From: Octopus sinensis
Lineage: Eukaryota
DNA length: 55,449 bases
Direction of reading: 5' to 3'
Assembly: GCF_006345805.1 (NCBI RefSeq)
Contig: NW_021834379.1
Location: forward strand, 1 to 55,449
Shown: in pieces, positions 1-13,219 of the stretch
How the letters are laid out: every line of letters begins with the position of its first letter
Position numbering within the stretch: the first letter of the stretch is position 1
Position numbers and translations under genes: made by a program
The notes under the pieces: model-generated
Seen by the model: the letters and a program-made list of their open reading frames with translations, nothing else
Database searches by the model: none
What the model was told of the DNA's origin: nothing

Positions 1-169
1 TCCGACCGTTGCTGTTGATCGGGAGATGTGAGTGCTATCTTGAATAGCTCAAATAAAACACGGGCTACAGCTTGACCAAAATTAGCTGGGTCTTGGGTGA
101 GGATGTCTGATCAGTGATGATGTTTCGAAATGCATCACGGGACGATATAATTGTGCATCACATATACTA

Positions 170-410
170 GCATATTGATTTCAAGTTTTGGCACAAAGCC
201 AGCAACTTCGGTGGCGGGGGCGGAGTAAGTCGATTACATCGACCCCAGTGTTCGAATGGTATATGTTTTTATCGACCTCAGTGCTTAACTGATATTTGCT
301 TTATCGATCCCGAAAGGATGAAAGAAAAAAGCCGATCCCAGAAAGTAAAAACATGAAATGCCGCTAAGCGTTACTCCGGTGTAGTAACGATTGCACCAGC
401 TCGCCGCCCT
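170..410 (-). mobile_element. tRNA-derived SINE, family 2 (Meta/Nin-like central domain), decayed
   Basis: Reverse complement of the head (ggcggcgagctgg...) and central domain (ctttcatcctttcggg-atcgataaa) shared with copies at 13516 and 47966. Confidence 0.8.
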
Positions 411-1329
411 AAAAATATATCAAAATATTAAAAATGTTAAAATTCATATAATATCTGTTTATAGTAGGTCTTTTTCCGAATAAATCACTTGCAAACCCAT
501 AAAGATTTTGAAATTTAGAGGTTTTGTTTTACAATTTCATAATTAATTACCAACGATTTAATTTCTTTCCATATACAGAGTTCCCTAAAGTGGTTATTTA
601 CGACAAACATCAAATTTTTCATCTCGTTTGACGACCTGTATTTAATGTAACTTCGAAGTGACTGTCAACTTTTAAAAACATGAATATTTAACTTTGCTTC
701 ACAAACTGAGTTCTATATAAAGTTAATGATTTTTTTTTTGTGTGTTTATATAACTGTGAGAATGTGTGTGTGTGTGCGCGCGCGCGCGCGTGTTCCATTG
801 TGTGTGTGTGTGTGGTTATTTGGGTGTGTTTGTGTGTGTATGTAACTGTGTATGTGTGTGACAACTCGTTGATTTATCTATTTATCGATCGATCGATCGA
901 TCAGGTAAATCATTCAAACTCTTTATCCTTTATCTTATTTTTTTTCTTATCCTTTAATCTATTTAAATCCCTATCTCCGCCATTCCCACCATCGCCATTC
1001 CCACCACCGCCATTCCAACATCACCAACATCAACAAGCAGAACAACATTAGCACCATAAACGTCACAACCACCGACAACACTAACACCAACACCGCGACT
1101 GCTCTTACTTCCCACAACCATCATTACTACAACCTGTACTGTAAGCAATGACTTCACCTCCAGCATTGGCAACATCAATACGACCACCAGCGCCACTGCT
1201 CACCTGGTGGTAACTTCTAACTACGATTACATGCCCTTTAGCAAGCAAGACATTAACATATGTTGTGGTATCTTAACGAAACCCCGAAACAATGAAGGTG
1301 TGTGTGTGTGAGTGAGTGTGGTGTGTGTG

Positions 1330-1660
<331 letters not shown>

Positions 1661-2149
1661 ATGTGCGTGTGTATGCGTGTTGCACGGATGTATGAGATAG
1701 GATGTATGTGCGTGTATGTCTTAGGCACCCACGTCGAAAACAACGTATGAGCACTCACATCTTATTAAGGTATGAGTGAGCGAGTGTGTGTGTATAAGAC
1801 ATCTTATATGTACAGATGTATACGCTCGTTTGTCCGCATGCGTAATCTGTATGTATACCTATATCTCCTTTTCATTCATTAGTATCCTTTCTTAAATGAA
1901 GAAAGCTGTTTACAAACGAAAAAACAAATGCACCATGAGTGAAATTTGCTCAACATCAGCGTTTTCTCCAGCAGACACCAGAATTTCACAGAAGTACCTG
2001 TTCTTTTGTTTGAACCATCGCAAACGTCGACGAACAGGAGAGAGGCACTGTAAAACAAAGACGCACCGCATGGCAGTACAATCTAAGCCGAAGACACCGG
2101 TCGGCATAATGATGCCTGTGGGTCGCATCAAGTGACTTCTAGCGACGGA

Positions 2150-2230
2150 ATCCTGAACTACAACGGGCTTGTCACACAGAGGACGTTTCCGGTTACATTT
2201 CGGTACTCCCTCGTATAATGGCCGCTAACA
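2150..2230 (+). promoter_or_regulatory. Possible promoter-like motif cluster
   Basis: CpG-rich unique DNA with ACTACAA (2157-2163), TTCCGG (2187-2192) and AATGGCCGC (2217-2225); motif matches only. Confidence 0.2.
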
Positions 2231-2301
2231 ATGGTGGATGCGAAGGTGTAATTTGAGTGGGTCTTGAGAGTGTAAAAAAGGGGAAATTGATGGTGCATAA
2301 G

Positions 2302-2525
2302 ATGAAGAAGAAGAAGAAGAAGAAGAAGAAGAAGATGAAGAAGAAGAAGAAGAAGAAGAAGATGAAGAAGAAGAAGAAGAAGAAGAAGAAGAAGAAGAAG
2401 AAGAAGAAGAAGAAAGAAGAAGAGAAGAAGAAGAAGAAGAAGAAAAGATGAAGAAGAAGAAGAAGAAGAAGAAGAAGATGAAGAAGATGAAGAAGAAGAA
2501 GAAGAAGAAGAAGAAGATGAAGAGG
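2302..2525 (+). repeat. (GAA)n polypurine tract with GAT interruptions
   Basis: Directly visible. Confidence 0.95.
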
Positions 2526-2579
2526 TGCGGTAGGAGGAAGGGAGGAGAGGCAGAGGAAGCAGAACTATAAGAAGAAGAC

Positions 2580-2877
2580 GATGAACATGACGATGATGAT
2601 GAGGAGGAGGAGGAGAGGTGGAGAGGAGGAAGAACTACAAAAAGAATAAGAAGACGACGATGCCAACAATGATGATGATGATGATGGTGATGATGATAAG
2701 GATGATGAAGTGAAGAGGAGACGGGAGGAGGATAAGAATGTTATTCTCACTACACTTGTCAGCATCATCACCATCACACAATTACCAACCCCACCACGAA
2801 CATTTTCACCACCCTCATCATCATTGTCTTCATAATCACCATCATCATGATCATCATCATTATTGCCATCAACGCCG

Positions 2878-2909
<32 letters not shown>

Positions 2910-3130
2910 GTCGTCGTCGTCGTCAATTTGATTATCGTTACCACCGGTAACACCATCACCATCACCGCCACCAGTAACACCAACACCGGCTTCGCTTACG
3001 TTAGAAACCGTTATTCTTCTTCTTGTTTTTGTTATTGTTCTCCATATTCTTGTTGTCATTGATGTTGTCGTTATTATTGTTTTTATTATTGTTTGTAGAT
3101 GTTGTTGTTGTTGTTGTTGTCGTTGTCGAT
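2580..3130. repeat. Compound trinucleotide low-complexity tract (GAT/GAG to CAT/CAC to GTT)
   Basis: Directly visible triplet periodicity. Confidence 0.85.
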
Positions 3131-3267
3131 GATGACTTTCTTGGGTGTGGTGATTTCTTATCGATTACTGTCACCTGGGCGTCTTCGTCATTATAGATTA
3201 ATTCCTTGTAAATTGGCTTTCTTTGGAGGTGAGGCGGATGTGCAGGAAAGGTTAAAAGAGAAAAAGA

Positions 3268-3348
<81 letters not shown>

Positions 3349-3519
3349 TGTGCGTGTGTTTGGATAAGTGCGTGTATGTTTGTTAGTCTATGTATGTGCG
3401 AGTATGTACGAAAGACAGAGAGAGTGAGAGAGAGAAGGAATATTTACTTGTGTGTGAGAGAGAGACACAGAGACAGAAGGGGAGAAGAGAGAAACAGTTA
3501 ATGCATGTGTATCTGTCTG

Positions 3520-3790
3520 AAAGCGCATGGCTCAGTGGTTAGAGCGTCGGGTACACAATCATGAGGTAGTGAGATCGATTCCCGGCGTGCACTGTATGTA
3601 TGATGTGTTCTTGAGCAAGACACTTTATTTCATGTTGCTCCAGCTCACTCCTCTGTAGCAATGTGTTGTGGCGTCACTGGTGCCAAGCTGTATCGGTCTT
3701 TGCCTTTCCCTTGAATAACATCAGTGGTGTGGAGAGGAGATGCATGCGCAACTACTGGTCTTTCATAAACAACATTGCCCGGACTTTTTA
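3520..3790 (+). mobile_element. tRNA-derived SINE, family 3
   Basis: Pol III A-box-like head gcatggctcagtggttagagcg, B-box-like gatcgattccc, and body gagcaagacactttatttcatgttgctccag shared with 18660, 36512, 48210 and 55300. Confidence 0.75.
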
Positions 3791-3846
3791 GGTGCAATAG
3801 CATGATCAAACGTGACCGAATGGGGTCTTTACACTTTTATCTGCAC

Positions 3847-3884
<38 letters not shown>

Positions 3885-4072
3885 CACCTTGAACACCTTG
3901 ACCGACCAGTCCGTCGGGCGTCCATTTGACACCGCTGGTCACAACACGCTGTCCACTCCTCTCTGGATCGCGCTTTCCAGTGATGACTTGGATCACTAAT
4001 TAATGAATAATTATGGAGTTGCAAATACGTACTGAAAACACCTGCGTAAGACAGCTACATCTTTATCAATTA

Positions 4073-4471
4073 CTAGCAGTATCGCCCGGCGTTGCTCGGG
4101 TTTGTAAGGGAAATAACTATATAAGCATTTTTAGATATGTAAAATATAATAGCCATCTCAATATGGCTAACTACAAAGGAAGGGGGGTGTTACTGTAGCT
4201 TTTTACGTTCTGAGATTTAATAATAAATTTTTAGAGAGTTACTTCCCTTATATATGCCAAAAATGCATTAAAAAATGGGAAAAATTGATGGTAATTTTTT
4301 TTTAAATCGTAGACTCATCGTAGACGCGCGGTAATACCCAGAAGGGCTCGATATGAATCACGACTATAAGATACCCGGTTTTGGTTAAACTGCACCGCAA
4401 AATGTGGGAGTAGTTAGGAACCTAAATCGTAGGAGACAGACAGCACACAACCTCTCTTTTATATATAAAGA
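4073..4471 (-). mobile_element. Non-autonomous Helitron
   Basis: On the - strand: 5'-TC start, 3' hairpin cccgagcaacgccggg then CTAG end, inserted between A and T with no TSD; near-identical ends to 10560-10923. Confidence 0.85.
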
Positions 4472-5231
4472 TGTCACGATAGATCACATACACGGTGTAC
4501 GCAAAAAAAACATAAGTGGACGATACACTTATTGATGTCATGAAACAGCAAAGCTAGAGAGAAGTTGCGGAGTAGGCCGACGTACCTTGAAATTTTGGAT
4601 GAAAAAGGACATGTGTCCCAATGTCCGAAAATAAACTAATGGACCAAGTGAGAGTGATTAGGAGTTACTATGTATATATATTCTGTTCTTTTATTCTTAT
4701 ATGTGTTTCAGTCATTTGACTGCGGCCACCTTTAGTCAAACAAATCGACCACGTAACTTATTCCTTGTATATACACCGCCGGAAGTTGTTCTTGACAAAG
4801 AACAGCAGTAATTTTATTCAGCTGAATACACGTCATTGATTGGTTGAAATTACCGAAATACGACAACTTTAACAAAAAATAACTTCCAAAACACAGAATT
4901 TTCTCAACAACGCTAAGAGTAAAAGATGTTTTATGTGGCACATTCTACCAGTATACGAAGTTTGAAAGTGTTTTGTTACAAAAAGTTATTTTAAAAATCT
5001 GTCGGTCAAAGGTAAAGATCCTGTTTCTTCTCCAAGTTTCCCTTTAAGTAGGTTAATGCAGCCATGCTTGTGTCATGCGGCACAGCTCTACATTGAAAAT
5101 TCCTACGCAGGAGAACTTCAGCTACTCTTAAAACGCTATTGTTTTCACTGTTGAGTACACACGTGATGTACTCATTTCTCAATTTGTTTAGTGTGGGTGA
5201 TACGATTTAGCATTCAAAGACTAAGCAATAT

Positions 5232-5615
5232 TCTTTTATTCTTTTACTTGTTTCAGTTATTTGACTGCGACCATGCTGGAGCACCGCATCTAGTCGACCA
5301 AATCGACCCCAGGACTTATTCTTTGCAAGCCTAGTACTTATTCGATGGATTTCTTTTGCCGAACAGCTAAGTTACGGGGACGTAAACACGCCAGCATCGG
5401 TTGTCAAGCGATGGTGCGAGGACAAATACAGACACACACACATATATACATACATACGATGGGCTCATTTCCGTTTCCGTCTACCAAATCCACTCACAAG
5501 GCTTTGGTCGGCCCGAGGTTATAATAGAAAACACTTGCTCAAGGCGCCACGCAGTGGGACTGAACTCAGAACCATGTGGTTGGTTAGCAAGCTACTTACC
5601 ACACAGCCGCTCCTG
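5232..5615 (-). mobile_element. CORE-type tRNA SINE, family 1, full length
   Basis: Reverse complement of the 34600-35040 copy: head ggcgcaggagcggctgtgtggtaag, CORE-like block, internal (TG/TA) repeat, gtaaaag tail. Confidence 0.85.
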
Positions 5616-5989
5616 CGCCACCATTACCCCCAACTATTCATCTGATATAGATCCAGTCAGTATCGCTGCTTATATAGCAGTACGCCAATGAAACTGAAGA
5701 GCAGAAAAAGGAGGCGAAATACACATAAACGACTGGGATGTGGTCAACAAACAGAAAAATCTTCAAATGTAAGGAGTATGTGAACCGTGTATGACCAGCA
5801 AATTAAAAATATTACTCGTGACTACATTAACCAATAATTGTAGTCAGCAGTTACGTAAGACAATCCACAAAATAACTGCTGCTTCAACTTACTTTCTTAA
5901 GAGCAGATACGATCATTGGTTTCATGTATATGATGTGAAGACATGACTTTAGTTCTGTGTAAAGCTAAAAGCCCGTCAGGCCGTATTAA

Positions 5990-6317
5990 ATGAACGAAGT
6001 ATACGAGAATATCCATCCTGAATATCATCAAAGGCAACGTCTATATTATCAACAGCATTATCGTTATCGTTACTGCGACCATCATTATCACATTCGCTAT
6101 AATGGCTGCCTGCACCGCCATCAGCATCATCATCATCATCGTCATTGTCATCAACATCATCTGCGACATCAGTGCTATCGTCAATGATATCAAATCACCA
6201 TTAATACAAGCACCGTCATCATCATCGCAGCCACCGGTGAAGGCGGAAGTGGCAGGTGGTGGGGGTACGTTTGTCGGCGGAGGTGGTTGCCGGCAATGAC
6301 AGTAACGACGGTGGTGA

Positions 6318-6348
<31 letters not shown>

Positions 6349-6870
6349 AACGGTGGTGGTGACTTTGGAAGCAGTGGAGATGGCAACTGTGGCTGGAGCG
6401 GCGGCAACGCTGAAGGTGGTAGTGGGGGTGGTAGTGGGGGTGGTAGTGTGGTGGTGGTGGTGGTACTGGTGGTGGTAGTGGTGGTGGTGGTGGTGCTGGT
6501 GCTGCTGGTGGTGGTTGTGGTGGTTGTGATGGTGGTGGTAGTGGTAGTTTTGGTGGTGGTGGTGCTGGTGGTGCTGGTGCTGGTGCTGGTGGTGATGGTG
6601 GTAGTGGTGGTGGTGCTGGTGGTGGTACTGATGGTGGTAGTGGTGGTAGTTCTGGTGGTGGTGGTGGTGGTGGTGGTGGTGGTGGTGGTGGTGGTGATGG
6701 TGGTGACATGTGCAGCGGTAGAGGCGGCGGCAGCGGCGGTGGCGGCGACAGCGGCGGCCACCCCTCCCTCCTTTTTCCTCCTCCTCCTCCTCCTCCTCCT
6801 CCTCATCATCATCATCATCCTTATCATCATTATCATCATCGTTGTCGTCAACGTCGTCGTCGTCGTCATC

Positions 6871-6914
<44 letters not shown>

Positions 6915-7330
6915 CTATCACCACCACCACCGCCGTCATCGTCATGAACAGTCCATTCTCTTGGTGACGACATTCTCTGACATTTTCACTAAAAGTCAAG
7001 ATACAACATTATACCACTGCTCAACACCGCCTTTTTTCCTTTCTTGTTATCGCTATAATTCTTCTTATTACTGTTGTTATTGTTATTTCTGTTACAGCAC
7101 TTTCGGATTTCACTATATATTTCTATTTTCCCTGTATATATGTGTGTATATATGTGTGTATGTGTGTGTGTGTTTCTTGCCTCGTGATTCTTGTTTTTGT
7201 CGTTATTGCCGCTGTTGTTGTTGTTATTGTTGTTGTCTTTATTGACGGTGTTGTTGTTGTTGCTGGTGGTGGTGGTGGTGGTGGTGGTGGTGTTGTATTG
7301 TTTTTTGCTGTTGTTGTTGTTATTGGTTAT
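5990..7330. repeat. 1.3-kb compound trinucleotide tract (CAT, GGT, CCT, CAT, GTT)
   Basis: Directly visible; produces overlapping low-complexity ORFs on both strands. Confidence 0.85.
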
Positions 7331-7574
7331 TTCTTTTTTTGTTTTAGTTTTTTGTCCTTTCTTTACTCTTTACATGACAAAAGTTGTTCTGTAAATGAAA
7401 CCACTTCATACATCATGCAGCTAATAACCTTTTCCTCTGCCTTCTCTCCTCGTCATCGTCCGCATCCCCATCACCGCACCTCCCTCCTGCCTCTCCCCTC
7501 TCTCTACACTTTAATCCATTTTGCTGTTGTTTTTTTTCTTTCGATCGATCTTCATTTCTTTTTTGCGCTCCAAC

Positions 7575-7679
7575 ATACATAAAATGCATACATACATTCA
7601 TACATACATGCATACATACATACATGTATATGTACGTACATCATACATGTCTCTCTACCTACCAAACTACCTACATACA

Positions 7680-7713
<34 letters not shown>

Positions 7714-8110
7714 CATATATACATACATACGCACGTACATACATACATACATATATACATGCATATATACATGCATTTATACATACATAATACATACATA
7801 CAAACATGCATACATACATACATAAATACATCCGTCATCGGTGCATACACCCATATATACATACATACCTAATTACCTACGTACCTACATACATATATAC
7901 TTATGTACATACATACAGATATCCATACATATATAATACATGCATAAATACATCCATACATACATATATACATACATACCTACCTACATCCATGCATATA
8001 TACATACATATATATATACATACATACATACATACATACATACATACATACATACATGCATATATGCATACATTCATACATACAAAAGTGCATATATGCA
8101 TATGTATAAT
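7575..8110. repeat. Degenerate (ACAT)n
   Basis: Directly visible. Confidence 0.9.
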
Positions 8111-8853
8111 GCTATGTATATATGTGCGTGTTATAATTTTAAAGCAAATTTAAAAACAAAGCAACAACGGAACTTTCACCGACAGATCCAATACTGAGCG
8201 TAGAGTCAAATATATTATACTATAAATACACGTGCTTATATCTCTGCTGGCTATGTCCACAAGAGGTTTTCTCCGTCTCTTTTATCGTTACTCTCACAAT
8301 CAGCCGTAATAGATTTACCCTGATTTATAACCCAAGTGGTTAAAGACACTCTGTTATCGGTATTGCCGTTGTTCTAATTTTTTTTTGTCGTACCTATTTA
8401 GTTTACTGCTAGGTTTTGGGGTTTTTGTTCGTCACTCCTTGGCAATTGTGGCAGCAAAGTTGTTGATAACATCGGGAAAAGTGTTTATATTTGGAGCGTT
8501 CAGCATCTGTCACTGTCTTTATCGAAGATCACTGATGAAGAGTGTAAAAGCGTGCATGATTTTTTTCTACAAGTGATATATAAATAGTACAGCGTTTTCC
8601 TGAAACGTGTGTATGTTCTATTAAAGCGTTGAATACCATTACGCACAATAGCCTGCTACAAGATTGATGAGCCACGTCGTACTAGACTGGGGACTAAATT
8701 AAAGAACAGAATCCACTTGATAACTCGTTATTTTGTTACCTGTCCACACTTCACAACATCTTTATATATCTATAGCTATCTATTTATACATACCTATGGT
8801 GTGTTGTGTGTGTAAATATATATATTATATATATTATATATTATATATATATA

Positions 8854-8910
<57 letters not shown>

Positions 8911-8960
8911 TGCATCCAGTTCTATTAATATAGCATGTATATATATATATCTATATAGAT

Positions 8961-8993
<33 letters not shown>

Positions 8994-8994
8994 C

Positions 8995-10270
8995 AACGAT
9001 TTATGGTATAGAAGTAATTACCTTCTGGCTAGAAAAAATACCCAGAAGAAAGCCCAGGACGCATCAACCAGAGATACATAATCGCAGCACTGAGATCAAC
9101 TATTTCATGTTCGATACAGTTTACTATCGACAAAAATGTGGAATTACAATGGGAACCCGAGCTGCTCCAATGATTGCGAACCTTGTATTGGGTTACCTAG
9201 GATGTAAGTTATGCCAATCATCACTGCAAAAATATGGCACCTCATTTCATTGCTATTTTAAAGAGAACTGGAAGAGGTATTTACAAGATTGCTTTATACT
9301 TTGAAAAGATAACATGGACAAACTTCTCGATTTCAACAATATGCTCAACAATATCAATAGCAACTATGGGACACAGTAACAAACAACTCCCTTTTCTTGA
9401 CATCTTAATAAAAATAGTCAATAACCATATCGAGACAGACATCTTCTATAAACCCACAGATTCAAAACAATATCTATTATTCAACTCATGCCAACCCAAA
9501 TACATAAAAATTAATATACTTTATAATCTAGCGAAAAGAATCTGTACCTTAGTTTCGGACACCAATACTCGTGAACGAAGACTCCTTGAACTCAGATCAA
9601 TACTAATCTAGAGATCATTACCTAACATCATTAATAAATGATGGAATTAAACGAGCAAAGGAAATAGACATACGAACATTAAGGGAAGTCAACCGAAATA
9701 CTACACCAGACATAAAAATCCTCCCATAAATCTCCACACATAACCATTGAAACAATGAAGCCTTCAACATTATCATCCAAAATCTACCCATCCTCGCAGG
9801 AAAAAAAACAATGAACAAAATTCTAGGGTCGCACAAAATTATCATGAGTAAAATGCAACCGAAACCATTGAAAAAAAATATTAACAACAAACCAAGAGAG
9901 AAAAAAATGCGGTCGGCCTAACTGTGGCGCATGTCCCCACTTATTGGAGGGTACAGAGTTCCACTTTAAACAAGGTGAAAGGTTCAAGATTAAATCAAAT
10001 TTCACCTATGCCTGGGAAAACCTAATTTATTCCATTACCTGCTTAGGGTGTCGTAAACCACCCTTCACAAAGAACAAATCCGCCACCCACAATACAGATA
10101 GATACAGGTGAGGGAACATATAGAAAGGTGTGCTAGGAACCTTAATCCTAACTTCCTAATTTTCCCCTTCTATCAATGTTCACAGAACATCTCAATGCAG
10201 CAAAGAATGAACAAGGGGGCAACTTTCATCAATAAATTTCATCCACAAACTAACATGAACACATAAAATA
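8995..10270 (+). mobile_element. Penelope-like retroelement, 5'-truncated and decayed (RT, thumb and GIY-YIG remnant)
   Basis: Translations YRQKCGITMGTRAAPMIANL, WKRYLQDCFIL (RYIDD-like), LPFLDILI...TDIFYKPTDSKQYLLFNSCQP and NLIYSITCLGC match PLE RT and GIY-YIG motifs; frameshifts and stops present. Confidence 0.9.
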
Positions 10271-10559
10271 ATACAGAACACAACTAACCTTACCAATAAT
10301 ACCACTAACCCCCATACATCCCATACACCATCCATATTACAGTATTATATCTACCCTAACTGCATCACATCCAGAACTACTTACCTGCCTTACACATAAT
10401 CTTTTTACTCAGGGACTACTAAACCCCCAAACCGTTTGGTAATCGGTGCGTATTCAAAGCCATTGAACAGTAACTGAAGAAACCGGTATGACTTTGAATC
10501 CCTTTAACAATTCATAATAATGACATTTATTCCTGTTAATTCTACCTCAGTTCGTCTAA

Positions 10560-10923
10560 TCTTTATATATAAAAGAGTTGTGTGTCTGTCTCCTACGATT
10601 TAGATTCCTAACTACTCCCACATTTTGCGGTGCAGTTTAACCAAAACCGGGTATCTTATAGTCGTGATTCATATCGAGCCCTTCTGGGTATTAGCGCGCG
10701 TCTACGATGAATCTACGATTTTAATGCATTTTTTCGCTATTATATAAGGGAAGTAACTCTCTAAAAATGTCTACGATGAGTCAACGATTTAAAAAAAAAA
10801 TTGACCATAATTTTTTTTTCCATTTTTAATGCATGTTTTACTATTTTTTGGGTATAACTCTCTAAAAATGCTTATATAGTTATTTCCCTTACAAACCCGA
10901 GCAACGCCGGGCGATACTGCTAG
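10560..10923 (+). mobile_element. Non-autonomous Helitron
   Basis: A|TCTTTATATATAAAAG ... cccgagcaacgccggg cgatactg CTAG|T. Confidence 0.85.
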
Positions 10924-11349
10924 TTGTATATATATTTATCGTTACTTTTCATAAATAAAGCCTTTATATTTTTTTAAATATCCAGATAGATAGATAGATA
11001 GATTGATAGATAGATAGATAGATAGATGTTTCGATTCACCCTAACATATGTACTCAAGCACTATCAAACACACATACACACATCACATATCATACAAACA
11101 CACATCTGAGCTGTACACCTACCCTCCCTCGACACTCTCACCGACTTCACCCACACACATCTATTACCAAGAACCCTAAGTGGACATTTCGTTTCAGTAG
11201 TTTGTCGGTAAGAGATCGTATTATTTCAAACGCCAAAGTCTGAAACTTGAGACAACGTCTGGCACTGAAGACATTTTCAGAGAAATGTTAAAAGGTTATC
11301 TCAGGAAAACCGCATGACAAGAGGACATGGAGGTCTACTTCATTTTGTT

Positions 11350-11476
<127 letters not shown>

Positions 11477-11915
11477 GTGGTGGTGTTATTGATTTAGTTA
11501 GTGTTGATTTTGTTATAATTTACGAAATGAATGACTTTTTATTTCAGTTATATGTGTATTATATATCTATCTTTCTACCTATTTCCCTGTCTCCTCTCTT
11601 TCACTTTCTCTCTATGTGTGTTTATATATATATATATATATATGGTGTTGTGTGTGTGTAAGTTGGCGTGTGTGTGTGTGTATACATACATATATAAATA
11701 CACACGCATATATATATATTTATTTATAAATATATATCGTATATACAAATATGTACATGTATATATATATAATTAGAGGGAGAAAGGTACGGATGTATAT
11801 ACATGTGTATACATACATATATACATGCATGCATGCATACATACAAACATGCATACGCATGTATAATGAAAAGTGCCAGCTTACTTTTGATATGTCTGTG
11901 TATATATATGTATAT

Positions 11916-11959
<44 letters not shown>

Positions 11960-12103
11960 AAATTCGAACATATACATCTGTACTACATTTATGCATAGAT
12001 ATAAATGTTCTTATGCGTGTGTATAATATGTATATACACAGACAGAGATAAATTCATGTTTAAATATACATCTATGTATCTAACAATCGATTCATATAAG
12101 GGT

Positions 12104-12140
<37 letters not shown>

Positions 12141-12376
12141 AGAGAGAGAGAGAGAGAGAGAGAACGAAAGAGAGAGAGAACAAAAGAGAGAGAGAACGAA
12201 AGAGAGAGAGAGAAGTGGGGAAGGAAGAAAGACTGAAAGTGCAGCCGTATTGTCAATGTGCTTGGAGCCTTTAAAAAGATATATTAAACATATTTTATAC
12301 ACATAGATATAGATAAATACAAACCGGTCTCAATACATACATCAATATATACATATCAACGCACACACGCACGCAC

Positions 12377-12552
12377 ACACACACGCACACATACACACAC
12401 ACACACATGCACATAAAAACACACGCGCACACATGCAAGTCGTTCTAACGTCACGCATTCTCCCTTTCGTTTCATATCTGTTGCTCCGCATTCAATTCTC
12501 TCTCCTCTCATTCTCTTTCTCTTCCTGTCAGTCTCTCCCTCCCGCCTCTCTC
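12377..12552. other. 176-bp insertion flanked by a 35-bp direct repeat; inverted copy of ~23604-23775
   Basis: tcaatatatacatatcaacgcacacacgcacgcac at 12342-12376 and 12553-12587; insert core differs from the reverse complement of the 23.6-kb segment at only ~3 positions. Confidence 0.85.
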
Positions 12553-12584
12553 TCAATATATACATATCAACGCACACACGCACG

Positions 12585-12623
<39 letters not shown>

Positions 12624-12755
12624 GCACGCACGCATATAAAAGTTGTGCCAAACCAAGTTCAATACGCTCCGAAATGCTGCAATTTTTCTAAAGTTAAAGA
12701 CAATAAATAAAATAAGAAAGAATACACACGTTCTTGCACATGATGACCAAAAAGG

Positions 12756-12817
<62 letters not shown>

Positions 12818-12962
12818 GGACTTTTGGACCACTCTGTATATACATACATACATACACACACACACATACATACATACATGCTTCAACATGTGATCTCTTG
12901 AGCACCACCAGCAAAATATTTTTTTCCTCTGTCTTCCCTTCTCGGGATCTTTCCTTCTCCTT

Positions 12963-12997
12963 GTTTCCGACGAAGAGCTCCGCTCGAAACGTTAAAC
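12963..12997 (+). ncRNA. Minimal type-I hammerhead-like motif (U4C variant) in a PLE-type repeat end (~12915-13095)
   Basis: GTTT-CCGACGA-A-GAGC(TCC)GCTC-GAAAC-GTT-AAAC. Confidence 0.6.
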
Positions 12998-13134
12998 CCT
13001 CCTTCCCTTCTTTCCTGAGCGTTCAAATAATACTTTAATTGTTCCACGTCCTCGCGTGCTGTGTTTTTTTCTGTGTTTTCTTGTTTGGATTAACTTATAT
13101 ATATATAATTATATATATATATATATATATTATA

Positions 13135-13174
<40 letters not shown>

Positions 13175-13219
13175 TATATATATGTGCATATGTATATTGT
13201 GACGCACAACTGTCACTAC

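Noticed and set aside
945-1300. Thr/Pro-rich near-open frame ending ...GILTKPRNNE before gtgtgt
   Set aside because: In-frame stop, low complexity and no recognisable homology.
1998-2047. Minus-strand AG...GT segment encoding ...FAMVQTKEQ, reminiscent of the PTP Q-loop
   Set aside because: 50 nt long, weak donor, upstream residues lack the R-x-x-R context, and no other PTP exons are visible.
3520-3590. tRNA-like sequences (also at 13516, 18894 and 34600)
   Set aside because: These are SINE heads with A/B boxes that continue into repeat bodies, with no complete cloverleaf.
6041-7245. Long Pro-, Thr-, His- and Val-rich ORFs (222-329 aa)
   Set aside because: They overlap on both strands in several frames and are translations of triplet repeats, with no domain or splice support.
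8525-8615. CTGATGA ... GAAACGT hammerhead-like spacing
   Set aside because: No convincing stem II, and the triplet would be GUG.
10430-10510. CTGAAGA in the 3' region of the Penelope element
   Set aside because: No GAAA partner or stems could be placed.
11215-11300. GAAA and CTGAAGA in permuted order
   Set aside because: Stems need multiple mismatches at core-adjacent positions.
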